A stretch of DNA of 63,209 bases, counting the filler, from Choristocarpus tenellus KU-1152 (Eukaryota > Protista > Phaeophyceae), in assembly GCA_964200185.2 (NCBI GenBank). It is 9 parts of 9 records of this genome, joined end to end, with 100 filler letters (N's around TTAATTAATTAA, not from the genome) between each part and the next. Parts side by side here need not be neighbours in the genome. Positions count along the whole stretch, not along the records: positions 49,433 to 54,260 come from CAXNAD020012914.1; positions 54,361 to 59,787 come from CAXNAD020010814.1; positions 59,888 to 63,209 come from CAXNAD020020810.1; 6 more parts are not named here. One strand, written 5' to 3'. Of the stretch, positions 49,549 through 62,312 are shown one piece after another; within the stretch, counting starts at the first letter, position 1; each line of letters opens with the position of its first letter. Made by a program: the position numbers and the translations under genes. The notes under the pieces were generated by a model. It was given only the letters and a program-made list of their open reading frames with translations, was not told the DNA's origin and did not search any database.

Positions 49549-50876
49549 GTAATGATAACAAACATAAACAGCAACAATATAGCAATAACAAAATACCAAT
49601 AACGATAACAATAGTAATTTCAAATAACACACATAAATGAAATATAATCAAAGTTTTCCCGTTGCAGTTCCTACTTCTTTTATGTATGTCATATAATGTT
49701 TCATGGTTATTACAAGACTTACAAGGGTTCTCTCTCCTCTCCAGGGTCTTTCTTTATAAATGGGGAGACCTTAATTTTCGAACAACAGAAGATGGTCATG
49801 TGGATTCCGGCCTTTCCTACTACCATATCAGATAGTAAGTTGTACCAAAATCATGCATCTTGACAAGCATGGACCCAATTGTGGCACAGTGGAAAAAGGA
49901 AGATACAACAGATATCCCTGAACATGAATGATAAGGACATGAATGACATCATCACACCTCATCCATGACGATTGTCGATCGACAATTTTGGAAAAAATGA
50001 ACCTTCGATATTGGTTCGATATCCGATTGATATACAATCACTTGTTTTAACTCTACCAATAAAAATATTATATTTATTTCCAAGACTCCAGAAGTTTCTG
50101 ATTAAATTCTGATATGGAATATGAGGAAGTATATTGTGAAAATAACAAGATCCAAGAGGTCTCACCAATTGTAATAGCGTCATGTGTCGTCTCTACAAAG
50201 GCACCACTGGTTAAAGTCATCTTTAGAGGTAGTTAAGGGGACCGTGTTGTTGTGTTGGGGCTCTATCCGGTCAAACATTGGGGTCCCATCGATTGATAGA
50301 GAAGTAGAGGCGGATCAGTGGTGTGAGGTCGGACAAGTGATGGAAGACCTCCATAAATTCCGAAACCAGGTTGGTGCCTCGAATGGTGTAAGTGAATCTT
50401 TTTGTAGAAAATTCAGGGACCATCTTTGTTTTACGACCATGCCCCCAACCTCTAACAGGACTCCTTTAACCTGCGAGGTGGAAGTGTGGGTCCCAGTATT
50501 GCGGACCTGGTGCTCAGTCCACACTCAAGGAGTCCTGTGAAAAAGCAACCACGTCGTTATCGACGTTTGTCAGACCCCTCTGGGGTTGCTGAGGCTGTGC
50601 GTGCCACCAGAAAGAGACAAGGTGTGTATCGACCTATGTATATCTGAAATCTACCGTCGTTCATATGGTGAATAGTTTGTATTTACCATAGGTAAAGGGT
50701 ATGTGATGCAGTAACTCTCTTTCCCGATACTTAGTCACTCGATCTTCCCGACACCTGTCACAATTTCGATTTCTCGCACATGTCCTTGTTCAACCTTAAC
50801 CTGATCGATTCTCAGCTTTAAGGGTCACAGTGACGTAACCCTCATTTTGAAATATCAGGAGGATACCTTGTAGGGG

Positions 50877-53800
50877 TCAAACCAAACGGATTCTCGCCAG
50901 ACCGCCAGTTGCTAGCCGCTGCAGCAGCCAGCAAACCATTGCGATGGGGACTCAACGCCCAATGCCAAGGACGTGGGAGCTCCAAGAATTCCTACACATC
51001 AACGGGGTATCTAGAATTGGACGCAGAGTTGCAGGATGCATTGGCCCAGCACGAGTTGTCGGGGATGGTGTCGCCAGGGGGTTCAGATGGAGAGTCCGAC
51101 TCCACCTCTAGGGTCTCAAAGGTGTGTTAGCTGTTTGCTTCACATGTCTCATCCCTGTGGGAAACCTTGATTGTCAGGCAGGTTGCCTTAGATCGTCGAA
51201 TGTGAGACTTCTTCTGATCATTTTGCTTGGTCTATGCCAACGTGACCTTGGTGAATTGCGTGGTTTTAAGTGACAATTACGTCCCAAGCCATTTCTACTA
51301 CGTACGTTTTCTTGGGCATGCGGGTGAGTAGTGTGCTAGCGGTAACCTCTGAGAGAACCGTCTTACCTCGATGTGAACATGTTTTAAAAGACTGAGGTAA
51401 TTTTAACTCACGAGGAGAACAATTTTGGATTTAAGTTTTTTAAGTCCCGGTCTGCTTGGCCTCAATACGTTTATTGTGGTGTCCCAGGGGTTCTTCGCGA
51501 CAGGAGGGAACCCCTCAGTTCCGCTGGGATGTGGTGTTGATGGGAAGTGTAACACTGAATGGGGTTTGACAGGGGATGGGGCGACGGTAGAGGCTCAAAG
51601 TCCTCCCAATGGAGCCGCCTCGCTTCAGCATGCACATCTAGTCACGAGAGGGTTGGGCGGCACAGGTGGTGATATCGTGGCGGTGAGAAGTCACTAAGGA
51701 GAAAGTTTGTTGTTGCCCTTACCCTTCTCACGTTTTACAGCTGGGAAGGGGTGATCTTAATTTTTTGGAAGCAATACTAAGTTGATCTTAAATGAGATTG
51801 ATGAGCTGTGCAATCAGATGTTGCTCCTGTTATCGTTGCCCTCTGACTCTAGTGCTTGTAAGGTTTGAGTGTAGAGGGTGGTTGAAGGGGTAGGGGGTGC
51901 CATGACTTGTGCTTAGATACAAAGCAACATTCTAGTGGTGGAGGGTTGGATCATTTTTGGAGGGCCCTCAATACAATGTCAACATCTCCATATTGTCCTC
52001 ACCCTGAAGGCTTTCAGTTTGGGGGATAGTCTTTACCTGCTCAGTCTTTCTTCCCTGCCTCAAGTCCAATCATTACGCACATTCATCAATATATTTATGG
52101 ACCACTGCCTCGACTATTCTGGAAATCCTTGCGAACCTCACCATGTTAGGCCTTGACAGAGAAGTTCAACGCACTTCCATCACCATCAGCACCCTCACTG
52201 GTGAGTGGTGTTGACCAGTGACCTCTTTTATGCCGAGACCTTGAGCAAGAGGGAAAATACCTCTACTCACATTCACCTCTATGATTTGTTGCTAATTTCG
52301 CCTTGCAACACGCTACTCATCTGTGGCCAAGGCATACTAGGGTCCTTACATTAGAAATGGAAATATATACTGTAGACAGCTCATCTCTTGTGAAGAGTAC
52401 AGGTAGGAGGAACAAACTGCTCTGTTCCAAGATACCTCGTCCCTTCATAGTCCTGACAATATGGGGTCAACCTCCTAACCCTAACTCCTGACTGTGTTCT
52501 GAGAGACAGTCCTCCCTCCTCACGGGTATGTCAGATTTGACAACTATTTTTGCTATTGTATGCCTTTCCATCATGCCATATCTTCTCTCATTGTGGACTT
52601 GTCAGAGCTTTCCAACGCACCTGAACAACACTGTACTGGAGAGTGTTCAGCTGCGACCTCCCCCTGATCCAGTGGGACTCACGGACATGTCTGGTAGTAG
52701 CCAGACAGAACCACCCATCCAGCAACAGTTCAGCTCTGACCACACTGGACTTCGGCAAAGTCATGCACAGGGTATCAGCTATGGCGCCCCCATAGGTCTA
52801 TTAAAAATGCATGGGATTGGTTCTGAGCCGCAACAGAGTTCTGTCAAGGCAGACGCTCCTGGGGGGGGGCAAGTGAATGCGGGCAATTTTGTGTCAGGAC
52901 CAGTGAGCTCAGTGGCAAGCAATATTTCACCACAGTCACTAGGCTCACTGTTGCGTAACCAGGAGAGTGGTGGCAATAATGGTCCTCATGCATGGGGGGT
53001 AGGGCCATCACCATCTGCGCTTCACACCGAGCAAGAGAATGTGCTAAAGCAAGGTGTCGTGCCTGAGGGTGAGGGTGGCAAGAGGCAGCTCAACTCAAAC
53101 GTCATTCTAGCAAAGCTGGCGCATGCAAAGCTTTCCCTGGGTACGTGCCTTGAGGGTAACCTAGGAGGGACTGGAAGCAGCAGTCGTTCTGCTCACCTGT
53201 CCTCTAAGGTTATCAGAGGGGAGGTGGGTGTCCAATCCCTGGCTGCACAGGGGGATATACCTGAGTTATTTGATGGCGGGATCTGGGGAAATGAGCAGGA
53301 CACGGGAGGCATCCGTGATAGTGACATCAACCATGGTAGTGGTGGGAATGATGCCGATCTTCCACAGGGGAGCACCAGGACACAACAGAGACTTGGGTAC
53401 CCGGGCATTGGGGGTTTGAGCGTATATAAGGAGGTGGATGGGAAAGGAGAGGAGGAGGACATTTCTGACAACCAAGGAGGGGCAATGGAGCAAGGCCAGC
53501 CTGAGGAGGGGATGGGGAAATGGAGGATGCAAGGGAGGATTAAGGGAGTGCATGGTCGCCTCAGAGTCGATCCAAGTTTTGTGTACCGTGGCTTGGATGT
53601 TCTCCAGGAGGAGTCAAGTGAAGGCACGCAGAGCCTGAGGCCCGGGGGGGGGAAGGATCTCTCTGACAGAGGGCAAGGAGGGCGTCCGCTGGATACATGG
53701 CGCAACGGTGGTCAAGGTCGGAGCCCAGGTCATGGTCAAGGTCGACAGCACACACGTAACGGACCGAGCCCTAAGCAAAGTCGACCAAGGAGTGGATCAA

Positions 53801-53984
53801 GTCATGAACGTGGAACACCGCGAAACCGGGGGGGCGATGGTGGTGGTGAATGCCGGTCCCGCAGTGGGTCAGGTCATGAAAGAGGTACACCTCGGAATCG
53901 GGTTGGTGATAGTGGGGCTGGTGAAAAGAGGACTCCTGATGGGGACACACCCCGCCGAGCTGCTCGTGGGCCGTACAAGTGTAG
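50877..53984 (+). CDS. Partial gene, Gly/Ser-rich low-complexity protein, possibly leading into a CCHC zinc motif
   Basis: Large exon 52606-53984 (CAG acceptor, AG|GTATGT donor) ending RRAARGPYKC(R). Likely upstream exon ending at 51121 (AAG|GT). The 5' limit is uncertain and the zinc motif is inferred only from YKC at the exon end. Confidence 0.5.
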
Positions 53985-54260
53985 GTATGTGTCTTACGAG
54001 CTGTAACTTAGGCGTAACGTGCAGGATTGGGCTGTGTGTTGAGTCAGGAATGAACCTTGATGCTCTAGTCTTACCTCACATAAGATTTTTAGTTTGTAGT
54101 GCTGAGGCATCATTTTTTTTTTGCACCATTCATAGTGGGGTTTGGTTGACTCTGATATACAATTGAGTTGACTTAGTGTTTAGTACAATTTAACTCTGCC
54201 TAGGGTGGATGGTGCATTCAGGTTACCCCAGTGAACCCCCACTCTTCTGAGCACTCATCC

Positions 54261-54360
54261 NNNNNNNNNNNNNNNNNNNNNNNNNNNNNNNNNNNNNNNN
54301 NNNNTTAATTAATTAANNNNNNNNNNNNNNNNNNNNNNNNNNNNNNNNNNNNNNNNNNNN
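54261..54360. other. Artificial contig-join spacer
   Basis: N44-TTAATTAATTAA-N44. Confidence 0.99.
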
Positions 54361-54449
54361 GGGGGGGGGCTGGGGGGGTGGGGGGGGGGGGGCTGTAGAC
54401 ATCAAAGGGGGGGGGGGAAGGAAGGGGGGGGGGGGGGGGGGGGGGGGCG

Positions 54450-55283
54450 TGGGATGGAGATTAGACGGAATGGTGGGATGGCCAAAGGGGTGGAGGACGA
54501 TTGTGAGGGGATGGATTCCAGCACAGCTTTGGTTCCCACACTCCCCTCCATGGCAGCGTAGTAGTGTTCGTGGCTTGCAGGGGTACGATAGGTGGGGCAT
54601 GGGATGGGATGTAGAGGTCTGGCACGGAGGTATAGAGCCGAGACACAGCCCAGATCCAGTGAGTGTGTGCAGGAGAAAGGAAGTGCTGGCCGTTGAGTCT
54701 CGGAAAAACAGATCGCAAAGTGTTCCGGTCTAAGCTGACGTGGGGTTGTTGGGATGGGCGTGGGTTGGGGTCCCTAGTGGGGGACACCGGCCTTCGAAGC
54801 CCCGTAATATCTCTTATCACCTCCTCTCCTGCCTCCTCCTCCTCGAAGCCGTGTAGGGGCGGATCCCTCTCCCTGCTACCATCGTCGTGTGCCTCTACCA
54901 CCTCTCTGACCCCATCCCCCTGTGTGCTCGTTCGATTTTCCGTCCGGGCTTCGTCATCCTGCAGAGGCGAAACAACAAGTCTACCTATTCCCGAAGAGGA
55001 GTGGTGTGCTCTGCTTATGTTCCCCCCTTGCTCGTGCCTATCTCGCGAGCCGCCATTCCCATCCTCGATCAACTCCTCCCCATGTGCGCCCATTCCGTTC
55101 TCTGTCCATCCTTCTCCACTTTGCGAAATCAAGACCTGGGTATCTATTCCCGTAGTTGGGTTAATCCTTCCACTTATATTTGTTCCTTGCCACTGCCTGT
55201 CTCGTCCACCGTCGTCGCCTTCCTCAATTACCTTCACAACCCTATCCCCTCCTCCTTCAACTTTATATATAATTCACCATATC
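54450..55283 (-). mobile_element. Dispersed coding repeat, copy 2 (258-aa open frame 55237-54461)
   Basis: Colinear with 25784-26880 minus the MITE. Shared peptides GEG.TENGMG, NISRA.HSSSGIG, DPNPRP.QQPH and TTLPWRGVWEPK.CWNPS.HNRPPPL. Confidence 0.65.
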
Positions 55284-58200
55284 GGAAAGTTTTATCTATC
55301 GCCCCATATTCTACCAGTAAGGTGGTATCAGGAGCTTCCCCCTCTAAGTCAATCTTGCTTTTTTGCACCAAAACGCCACAATAGGCATAGAACATTATGT
55401 ATATCAAATGAAGTGTATGACAAGATCTTTTGAAGGTTTGTATCCACAAATGTCCAGGCTTAGGGAAAAGGGAGGTACTTTCCGATCAAATAATGACAAA
55501 AACACGGGGGAACATCTCCGACGCAATTTTGAAGGTGAAGACATCAAAACGGACAAATATGAAGTGGTTGACCGAGCCCCTTCCATACAACTGGTCTGGG
55601 GTACGTCACTGTCCAAGTTTGGACGGTGTGGCGATACCGAAAAAAAAACTCCAAAATTCCTGGACATCTACCCTTTTGCAGACTTTCTGTAAGCACACAC
55701 ACGCGCGTGAATTACACAGCAACATGAACCACGACAGTGAGTTAAGGAGAGCCGCCGAGGTCACTCTGCCCCCTGGATCTAGCCTCCGCACCTTCTCTGT
55801 CAAGAGGTGACGGAAATGCAAGTACCATGTGACACTCAGTGCGGTGTTAGATGACGAGAAAGTGCGAGTAGTGTGGTGCAGCAGCATAATCAAATCGCCA
55901 AATGGATCACGGGGCGGCAACGCTGACGCTGAGAGAAGATGGATTGAAAGCAATACCACACAAACGTGGTTGGATCTTCAACCACATCGGATCACTGCTC
56001 TGCAGTCTCTATCACCTCGGGAAAGGAGGGAGAGAGCAGCGAGTCCATCACTAGGTGGTATAGTGACCAAGTCTGTGAGGAAGCCTGGTCATGGCAGGCG
56101 AAGGGAGAACCAGGGTGGCCGCCCGAAGGGAAGATTGGGGAAGAGAGCAGCGCGACTGTGTGCCATTGCGCTCAGGAAAGGTCTAAGCGAAAATCCAGTT
56201 GTACAATATCTTAGAAGTTGACAGTTGCAGCAGGCCCTGGCTGTTTGGAAGCTGTGCGAGCTGGAGTGACTTGAGGAAACGAGAAAGAAGGTGCTAGGGT
56301 TGGGGTACAAGGGCTCTGAAGTTCGAAAGAAGGTCGAAAGGGCTCTCAAGACGGAGGAAAAAGCGATCGTAACAATGGCAGCTGTGGAGACTTTTTGATA
56401 CGACCAAATCCTTTACTTTGAAGAGGTAGCGAAGCAGGTGAAGGTAGCTATCGGCGTGGACACCAGGGAAGAAGAGAAGGTGAGGTTGAGACTATTTGCA
56501 CACCGATGGTTTGGTGTCTCCTACTTCTTGCAAGATGCCGTACATTTGCTCTTGTTCCTGGACTTAGAGTTGGACGTATAAAGTTGATTAAATTTTTCTC
56601 CCAGGCTGCATTCATTCGAGAAATCAACATAGGAAGAAAGGGTGGGGGAGGCTTTTTTCCCCTCTAAACCCTATACTTCAATAAGGTAATAGTACATATG
56701 CTGCCACTCTTGTTGACCTATAATCCAGGGTTCAAACCCCAATATGAGCGCTCTTTCTTCAAAAAAATTAAAAAATGGCAAAAAAATTAACGCAGCCAGT
56801 ACTCTCGGGGGCCTTGTGACGGGCATCACGAATATGCTTTTATTTGTTTAATCCGATGTCTACACCAAACGTTATGACCTTACAACCCCAGGGGGTGAAG
56901 CTATTGCTACCAATTATTATAGTGTTTTTCATTACCAAATGTGATGAAACTTCTCATTTCTAGTTCGAAACAATAGTGAAAAGCATTATGGGCTCGCTAA
57001 GACCCTCGGGGCAACACTCAAAGGGTTCATGATCTCATAGAGGAATAATCGAATCGAAGCGACCAATTCGTATTTGTTTTAGCCAGCCAAAATTCTTCAA
57101 AAGCTGCATTATAGAAAGGGAAGGCTCACAATGGTACCGTGAGAGATGCGTGTGTTATGTTTGCTATCATGTCGCACCCTTTCGCTGCCTCAGCCGAAAC
57201 CCCGATTGTTAGCCAGGAACTAGGACTACCTTGCCTTGGACGTACATCCCCCCTCTGATGTACATCCTGATGGTCGCAGATCCTGCTGTTGATCTATGCC
57301 TACTCAATCGCTCCGGATATTCTGTCCTAGACAAGAGCCGGCATGGCCTCGGCTTGGCCGTACATGCTCCCCATAGTGTGCATCCTGAATGGACTTACAT
57401 CTTTTTTACCACAGTAACAGAGATGACACAAATCCTGATGTAGATCTGTCAAAATTTAATTCTACATTGAGCAGATCTGACTAAACCCCTCCAAAATTCA
57501 CTGATAAGAACCCCACAGGCCAAGCGTCAGCTCTTCCGATGCCGTGGAGTGGATGGAAAACACGAGTCAAGGTCCGCCTTGGTGCATCCCATCTATTGTT
57601 GTTTCAAGGAAGAGTCAGTCAGGAGAGAGGACAAATTGTTGGTGGTGTCATCACTTGTGAATGTGTGAGGGGGGGCAGGGGCAGGGGCAGGGGCAGGGGT
57701 GGGGGGTGGGGGACAAGTACGACCTATCCAGCTGTTCTGCATCTTTGCATGGTCAGTAGGGGTAGGAAATGTACCCTAAAAGGAAAGAGACCATGAGAAG
57801 ACCAACATCCAGCAGGCAGTGGGGTGTGGTACCTACAGCATATAACTGGATAGTTGATAAGTAATCTTTCTGTTGAGTGATTAAGAGAACAATATCTGGG
57901 TTATTGCAGTATATTAAGAAGAATCCTGGAAAAGGAATGTTGTAGCAAGTAACACAGATTGAGTGATGAGTTATTAGTGATCAGGGATGAGTGAAAGGTC
58001 TATCACCCCCCGCTTGTATGGTGTTTCTCACTCCAACTTTCCACCTACTTCAACATAACTGAGAAGGCACTCTACATATTTCAATATCAAGACTTAATAT
58101 TCTACACGTTCTTTAACACGCTAGCTAGCATACTTTAAAGTGTGCTGACATCTCAAGCTAGCAGTAGAAGAGACAGAGGGAGTCCCAATGGTGTCTGCTG

Positions 58201-58785
58201 TCAGTAAGAGTCAAAGTACAGTTATATATATTATTAGAGTGCGCAAAATGAAATTCATTATGGTGTTTTGTTCAAATGGAAAAAACACTACGAAAATCAG
58301 ATTGCGCAAAGTGAAATTCACTATCAAAAAGAAAAATGAAAAAACGCCAACCGAAGGTGATGGGCATATTCAAACCATCAGTTCCCTGGACATTGCTCCG
58401 TGGATTGAGCGATGAAGGTAGGTCTTTGTCCGAATGGAGTCGACTTCTATCACTTGCCCTGTCTGTTGCTAAATCAAGTGGGGATCAAAGCACGGGCTGG
58501 GGAGCGGATGTGACTCGTCGAACGGGCTTACTCTATTAATAGTTCTATAATATCTTTGGTAGGGTGAATACGACCACCCACCCATAGTCGCCACGGTACG
58601 GTTGGGGATCTCTGACGATAATACAAGGTTTTTCAATGTCTCCATGGATGCTAACGGTCTATTGTAGTTTTCCAACGGTAAGGTTGCAGTATAGACCAAC
58701 CGCTGACATTTTGGTTAACCGTATCCGAAACCGTGATGTAGCCGTGGATTTTACGACGGTCATAACTATGATAATACACATCTAC

Positions 58786-58868
58786 TCACATCTAATGATA
58801 TGTAAATAGTTTTCATTGGTTTTCCCCCTGACACGCCTGCAAAGTATCAGAGGGCATAATAATAATAA
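58786..58868 (+). mobile_element. Severely 5'-truncated CRE-like non-LTR copy with 13-bp TSD
   Basis: 3' end hairpin plus (AAT)n tail, flanked by aatacacatctac at 58773-58785 and 58869-58881. Confidence 0.8.
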
Positions 58869-58890
58869 AATACACATCTACAATATTTTG

Positions 58891-59363
58891 GTTATAACCT
58901 CAATACCTTCGCGGTGGAAAGGTTTGGGTGCATCAGCAAGCAAGCGGAATGTTTCCTGGATGAGCTGGCTACACACATGATGAGGGGGAGAGGAACTGGA
59001 GGCTATGGCAGGAAAGGGGCGGTCAAATCCCGCCTATGCGAAATAGTCTCAGTAACAACGAAGCGGCATTGTCTAGACGTGCCATGTGCTTTAAGCTGGA
59101 GTCACCAGGGAGATGGGCAAGGAGAGGCTTGTTGGAATTTGGGGATGCCTCCCTAGCTCCTCATCATGGGGTGCAGGAAAAGGTACATTGGAGGCACTGG
59201 AAGGCAGAGGTACAACATAGATAGTAGCGAAATAACAAATATATTTAGTGTTTCTTACATTTATGACATATTTTACTTCTTTAGGGTTTATACTGAGATG
59301 TGAATAGTTTTCATCGGTTTTTCCCCTGACACATCTGTGAAATGTCGGAGGGCATAATAATAA
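58891..59363 (+). mobile_element. 5'-truncated CRE-like (RLE endonuclease) non-LTR retrotransposon with 9-bp TSD
   Basis: C-terminus TFAVERFGCISKQAECFLDELA...KGAVKSRL..IVSVT..ALSRR fits the RLE 'hhE.hG' tail. 3' UTR hairpin ctgaca/tgtcgg and (AAT)n tail. TSD aatattttg at 58882-58890 and 59364-59372. Confidence 0.8.
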
Positions 59364-59787
59364 AATATTTTGCTTTGGTCACGAATTCTTTATTATTATT
59401 TATTCTATGTTTGGGATTCTACCGTTTCCCCTTCCATTGTAAAACCACTTGCAACCAACCAGTGTATACCCCCTTCACCACTGATTTCCAGTCACCAACC
59501 CCACCAATCAGTGCAACCCCTTCGCTCTTGATTTCTAGTCACCAGCCACCTCCAATGGCCAACCAGTGCAACCCCTTCTCCACTGATTTCCAGTCACTAC
59601 CACTTTCCACCACACCCCACCATTCAACCCCACTCAACCCCACACCACTTTCCACCCCACCACACTATTCAACATCACTCAACACCATTCCACAACCATC
59701 CAAGAACATCTCTCCATCATCCACTTCAATACCGTGCCTTTGAACTAGAAGGCACTTACCCACTTGACCCCCCCCCCCCCCGTTCCC

Positions 59788-59887
59788 NNNNNNNNNNNNN
59801 NNNNNNNNNNNNNNNNNNNNNNNNNNNNNNNTTAATTAATTAANNNNNNNNNNNNNNNNNNNNNNNNNNNNNNNNNNNNNNNNNNNN
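59788..59887. other. Artificial contig-join spacer
   Basis: N44-TTAATTAATTAA-N44. Confidence 0.99.
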
Positions 59888-61034
59888 CCCCCCCCCCCCC
59901 CCCCACCTCTGCCACCCCTTCCACTCGCCCTGTGTGTATTTACTCCACCATGACCAGAGATAAGCTCATGGTTGTGGTCTCCTGGCTGAGGGGTCGGAAA
60001 GTTCCTGGGGCACAGACAAGAGGACATGCACGGGGGGGGGGAAGGGGTGCATCAGATATGTAAGGGTTGGGCCGGAGGGTTAGAAGGAAATAGGCGACTT
60101 ATAGGTTTGGTCTCCTTACACTTCTGCTAGAGCGAGAGAAGTGGGGGAATTCGTTTCAATGTCATAAATGTCATGGTGTAATCATGTGACATTATGCTGG
60201 AATGTGTGTGTGTGTGTGTGTGTGATTGGTCTACGCATGTGATTTGTTGGGATGCTGCAGTTGTGCCTCTGTCTGAGTGTCTACTGTTCTACTCAGTACA
60301 CATCCGTGCTAGCGAACAGGTCTGCGAGCATGGGTGTGTGTTCATCCACCTGTCCAACAGCCTGTATACCGATTGTAGCACCTTCTCCCGTGAGGGTCCA
60401 CCATAACCAATGCACTGGCACCATGCACGCAACACACACCGTCCCATCTCATCGCTTGGTACCTTAGACGCCAAGAATCACAAGTACCGCATAAAAAGCA
60501 ATACAAACACCGGAGCGGGGGAGAGGAGTTGAGGTAGCAGGCGACAATCACTTCAATACAATCCTCTTACAATGCTTCTGCTCTGGAGTGTCCAAAACAA
60601 ACATGTATACCTCATAATTGCTTGTGCTTCTCATCATGTAGGAAAGATACGAACTGGTACTCAATACAGAGCATATCACAAGCTGGGAAAACAAAGTGAT
60701 TCCAAAAATCAAGCCTCGAGCATAAGGAGTGAAATTCTATGCCATTTAGAACTAAGTAGGCGAGATGAGCCTAACAGAACTTTACCTTGACTTCACATAA
60801 ATAGCGTGCAAATTTCAAATAGCTGATGTCAACCTACACTTAACTATTCACGCAAAATACTTAACCACTAATGCAAAACATGGAAAAGCAACTCAGGTTA
60901 CCTGTCTACATCCTCCTACTGTCCTCTCCTCCCCCCCCACACGCACCCTCCCTCTCTTCTCCCTGTTGTCAGTCAATATACACACATCAGTATACACACA
61001 TCAGTCCCATCCACAAAAAACACACATGCCATAC

Positions 61035-61687
61035 CTGATACATGAAGCTCTCGGTGATTGAGAGGGCAATGGGGATCACCTCCTCCCTGCTTGCAGCACT
61101 TGACTCTACCCTGATGAGAAGACTCTCCACTAGCTCTCCAAGCACAGAATCTGGTAGGGTGGATGGACACTGTTCCATCTTTTGCTGCAACCAGTCCCAG
61201 AGGCCCATGAGTTGGGGGTCTGGAAGTGATGGGTCGGGAACCAGCAGGAACATGGCCTATGCGTAATAGTTACAACATTTGAGTTTTGAAGACAGCACAT
61301 CAAAAATGTGTAACAAGAGTACAAAGAAAGTGGCGTGTGTTCGTGGGACGAAGGTGAACAGCAACAACAACGTGTGTTCATTGGAGCAAAAAGAGGATAT
61401 TTGCTTTGTGCACGAGAATCTTGTTTGAGTGCTGATGACAACTTGCATATTGATACAAAAAATATGGTTAGAGATGCACAACAGTATAAACTTATCTATG
61501 AAAGGAGACAGACTCCCCCTCGCTAGACAAGTAAGACCCGAGAAGCTGCAAAACACCAGTGTACCTCATCCCACCACCCCAATGAACTCATACCTTGACA
61601 CCCACCATATACCCTTCTGCTAAAGCCCATCCTCATCACAGGCACCCACCAACAAACTTCGAAGCAACCTCCAAATCAGTGAAGTCA

Positions 61688-61743
<56 letters not shown>

Positions 61744-62245
61744 ACCCCCCCCCCCTCCCCCCCATAAGCAAATACCCTCCCTCCTCCCAACCACACCCTA
61801 AATTCACCTGCAGCAAACTCCTAAACCAATTTTGCCACCCCCCCCCCCCCCCCCCCACCCATCTCCTCTCCCATTCCAATCAATAAGTTTTGATCTTACC
61901 TCCAGCGCCAGGCTGCGTACATGAAGGTGTGGGCACTCAAGTAGTTTATGTTCTTGCAGGGTCTGACACAAGTCCCGAATCGCCGCCGTGTTTTGTTGTT
62001 CCACCACCTGCATTGAAGGGGTGTGTAAATGTGTGCATGTGTGAGTCAGGGTATGCACGCCACCATGGCCATGAGCGTGAGAACCTGCAGGAAGCATGTC
62101 GGTCAGATCGGACAAAATATTGATGTGAAAGCAACAAGAGTAGAGCATAACTGTTGTGCCAGGAAGCATCGATCAACTGCTTTGCAATAATCACAATTCA
62201 ACACTTGCCAACAAAACTCCTCAGCCTCTTCTGTAGCTGCAGGAT
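61035..62245 (-). CDS. Internal exons of an unidentified helical protein
   Basis: GT-AG exons 62245-~62205, 62007-61900 and 61256-61035 splice in phase: DPAATEEAEEFCWQ|VVEQQNTAAIRDLCQ...SLALE|AMFLLVPDP...ESFMYQ. Confidence 0.55.
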
Positions 62246-62280
62246 CTACACCAGCAAACAAATGTTACTATTCCAACCCC

Positions 62281-62312
<32 letters not shown>

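Noticed and set aside
54663-55433. 256-aa plus-strand ORF as a real overlapping gene
   Set aside because: It is antisense to the GC-rich minus-strand frame, Ser/Pro-rich and without motifs; likely a shadow ORF.
61688-61763. Poly-C tract as a polyproline or polyglycine protein
   Set aside because: It is an intronic homopolymer like those at many contig ends, and its length is unreliable.
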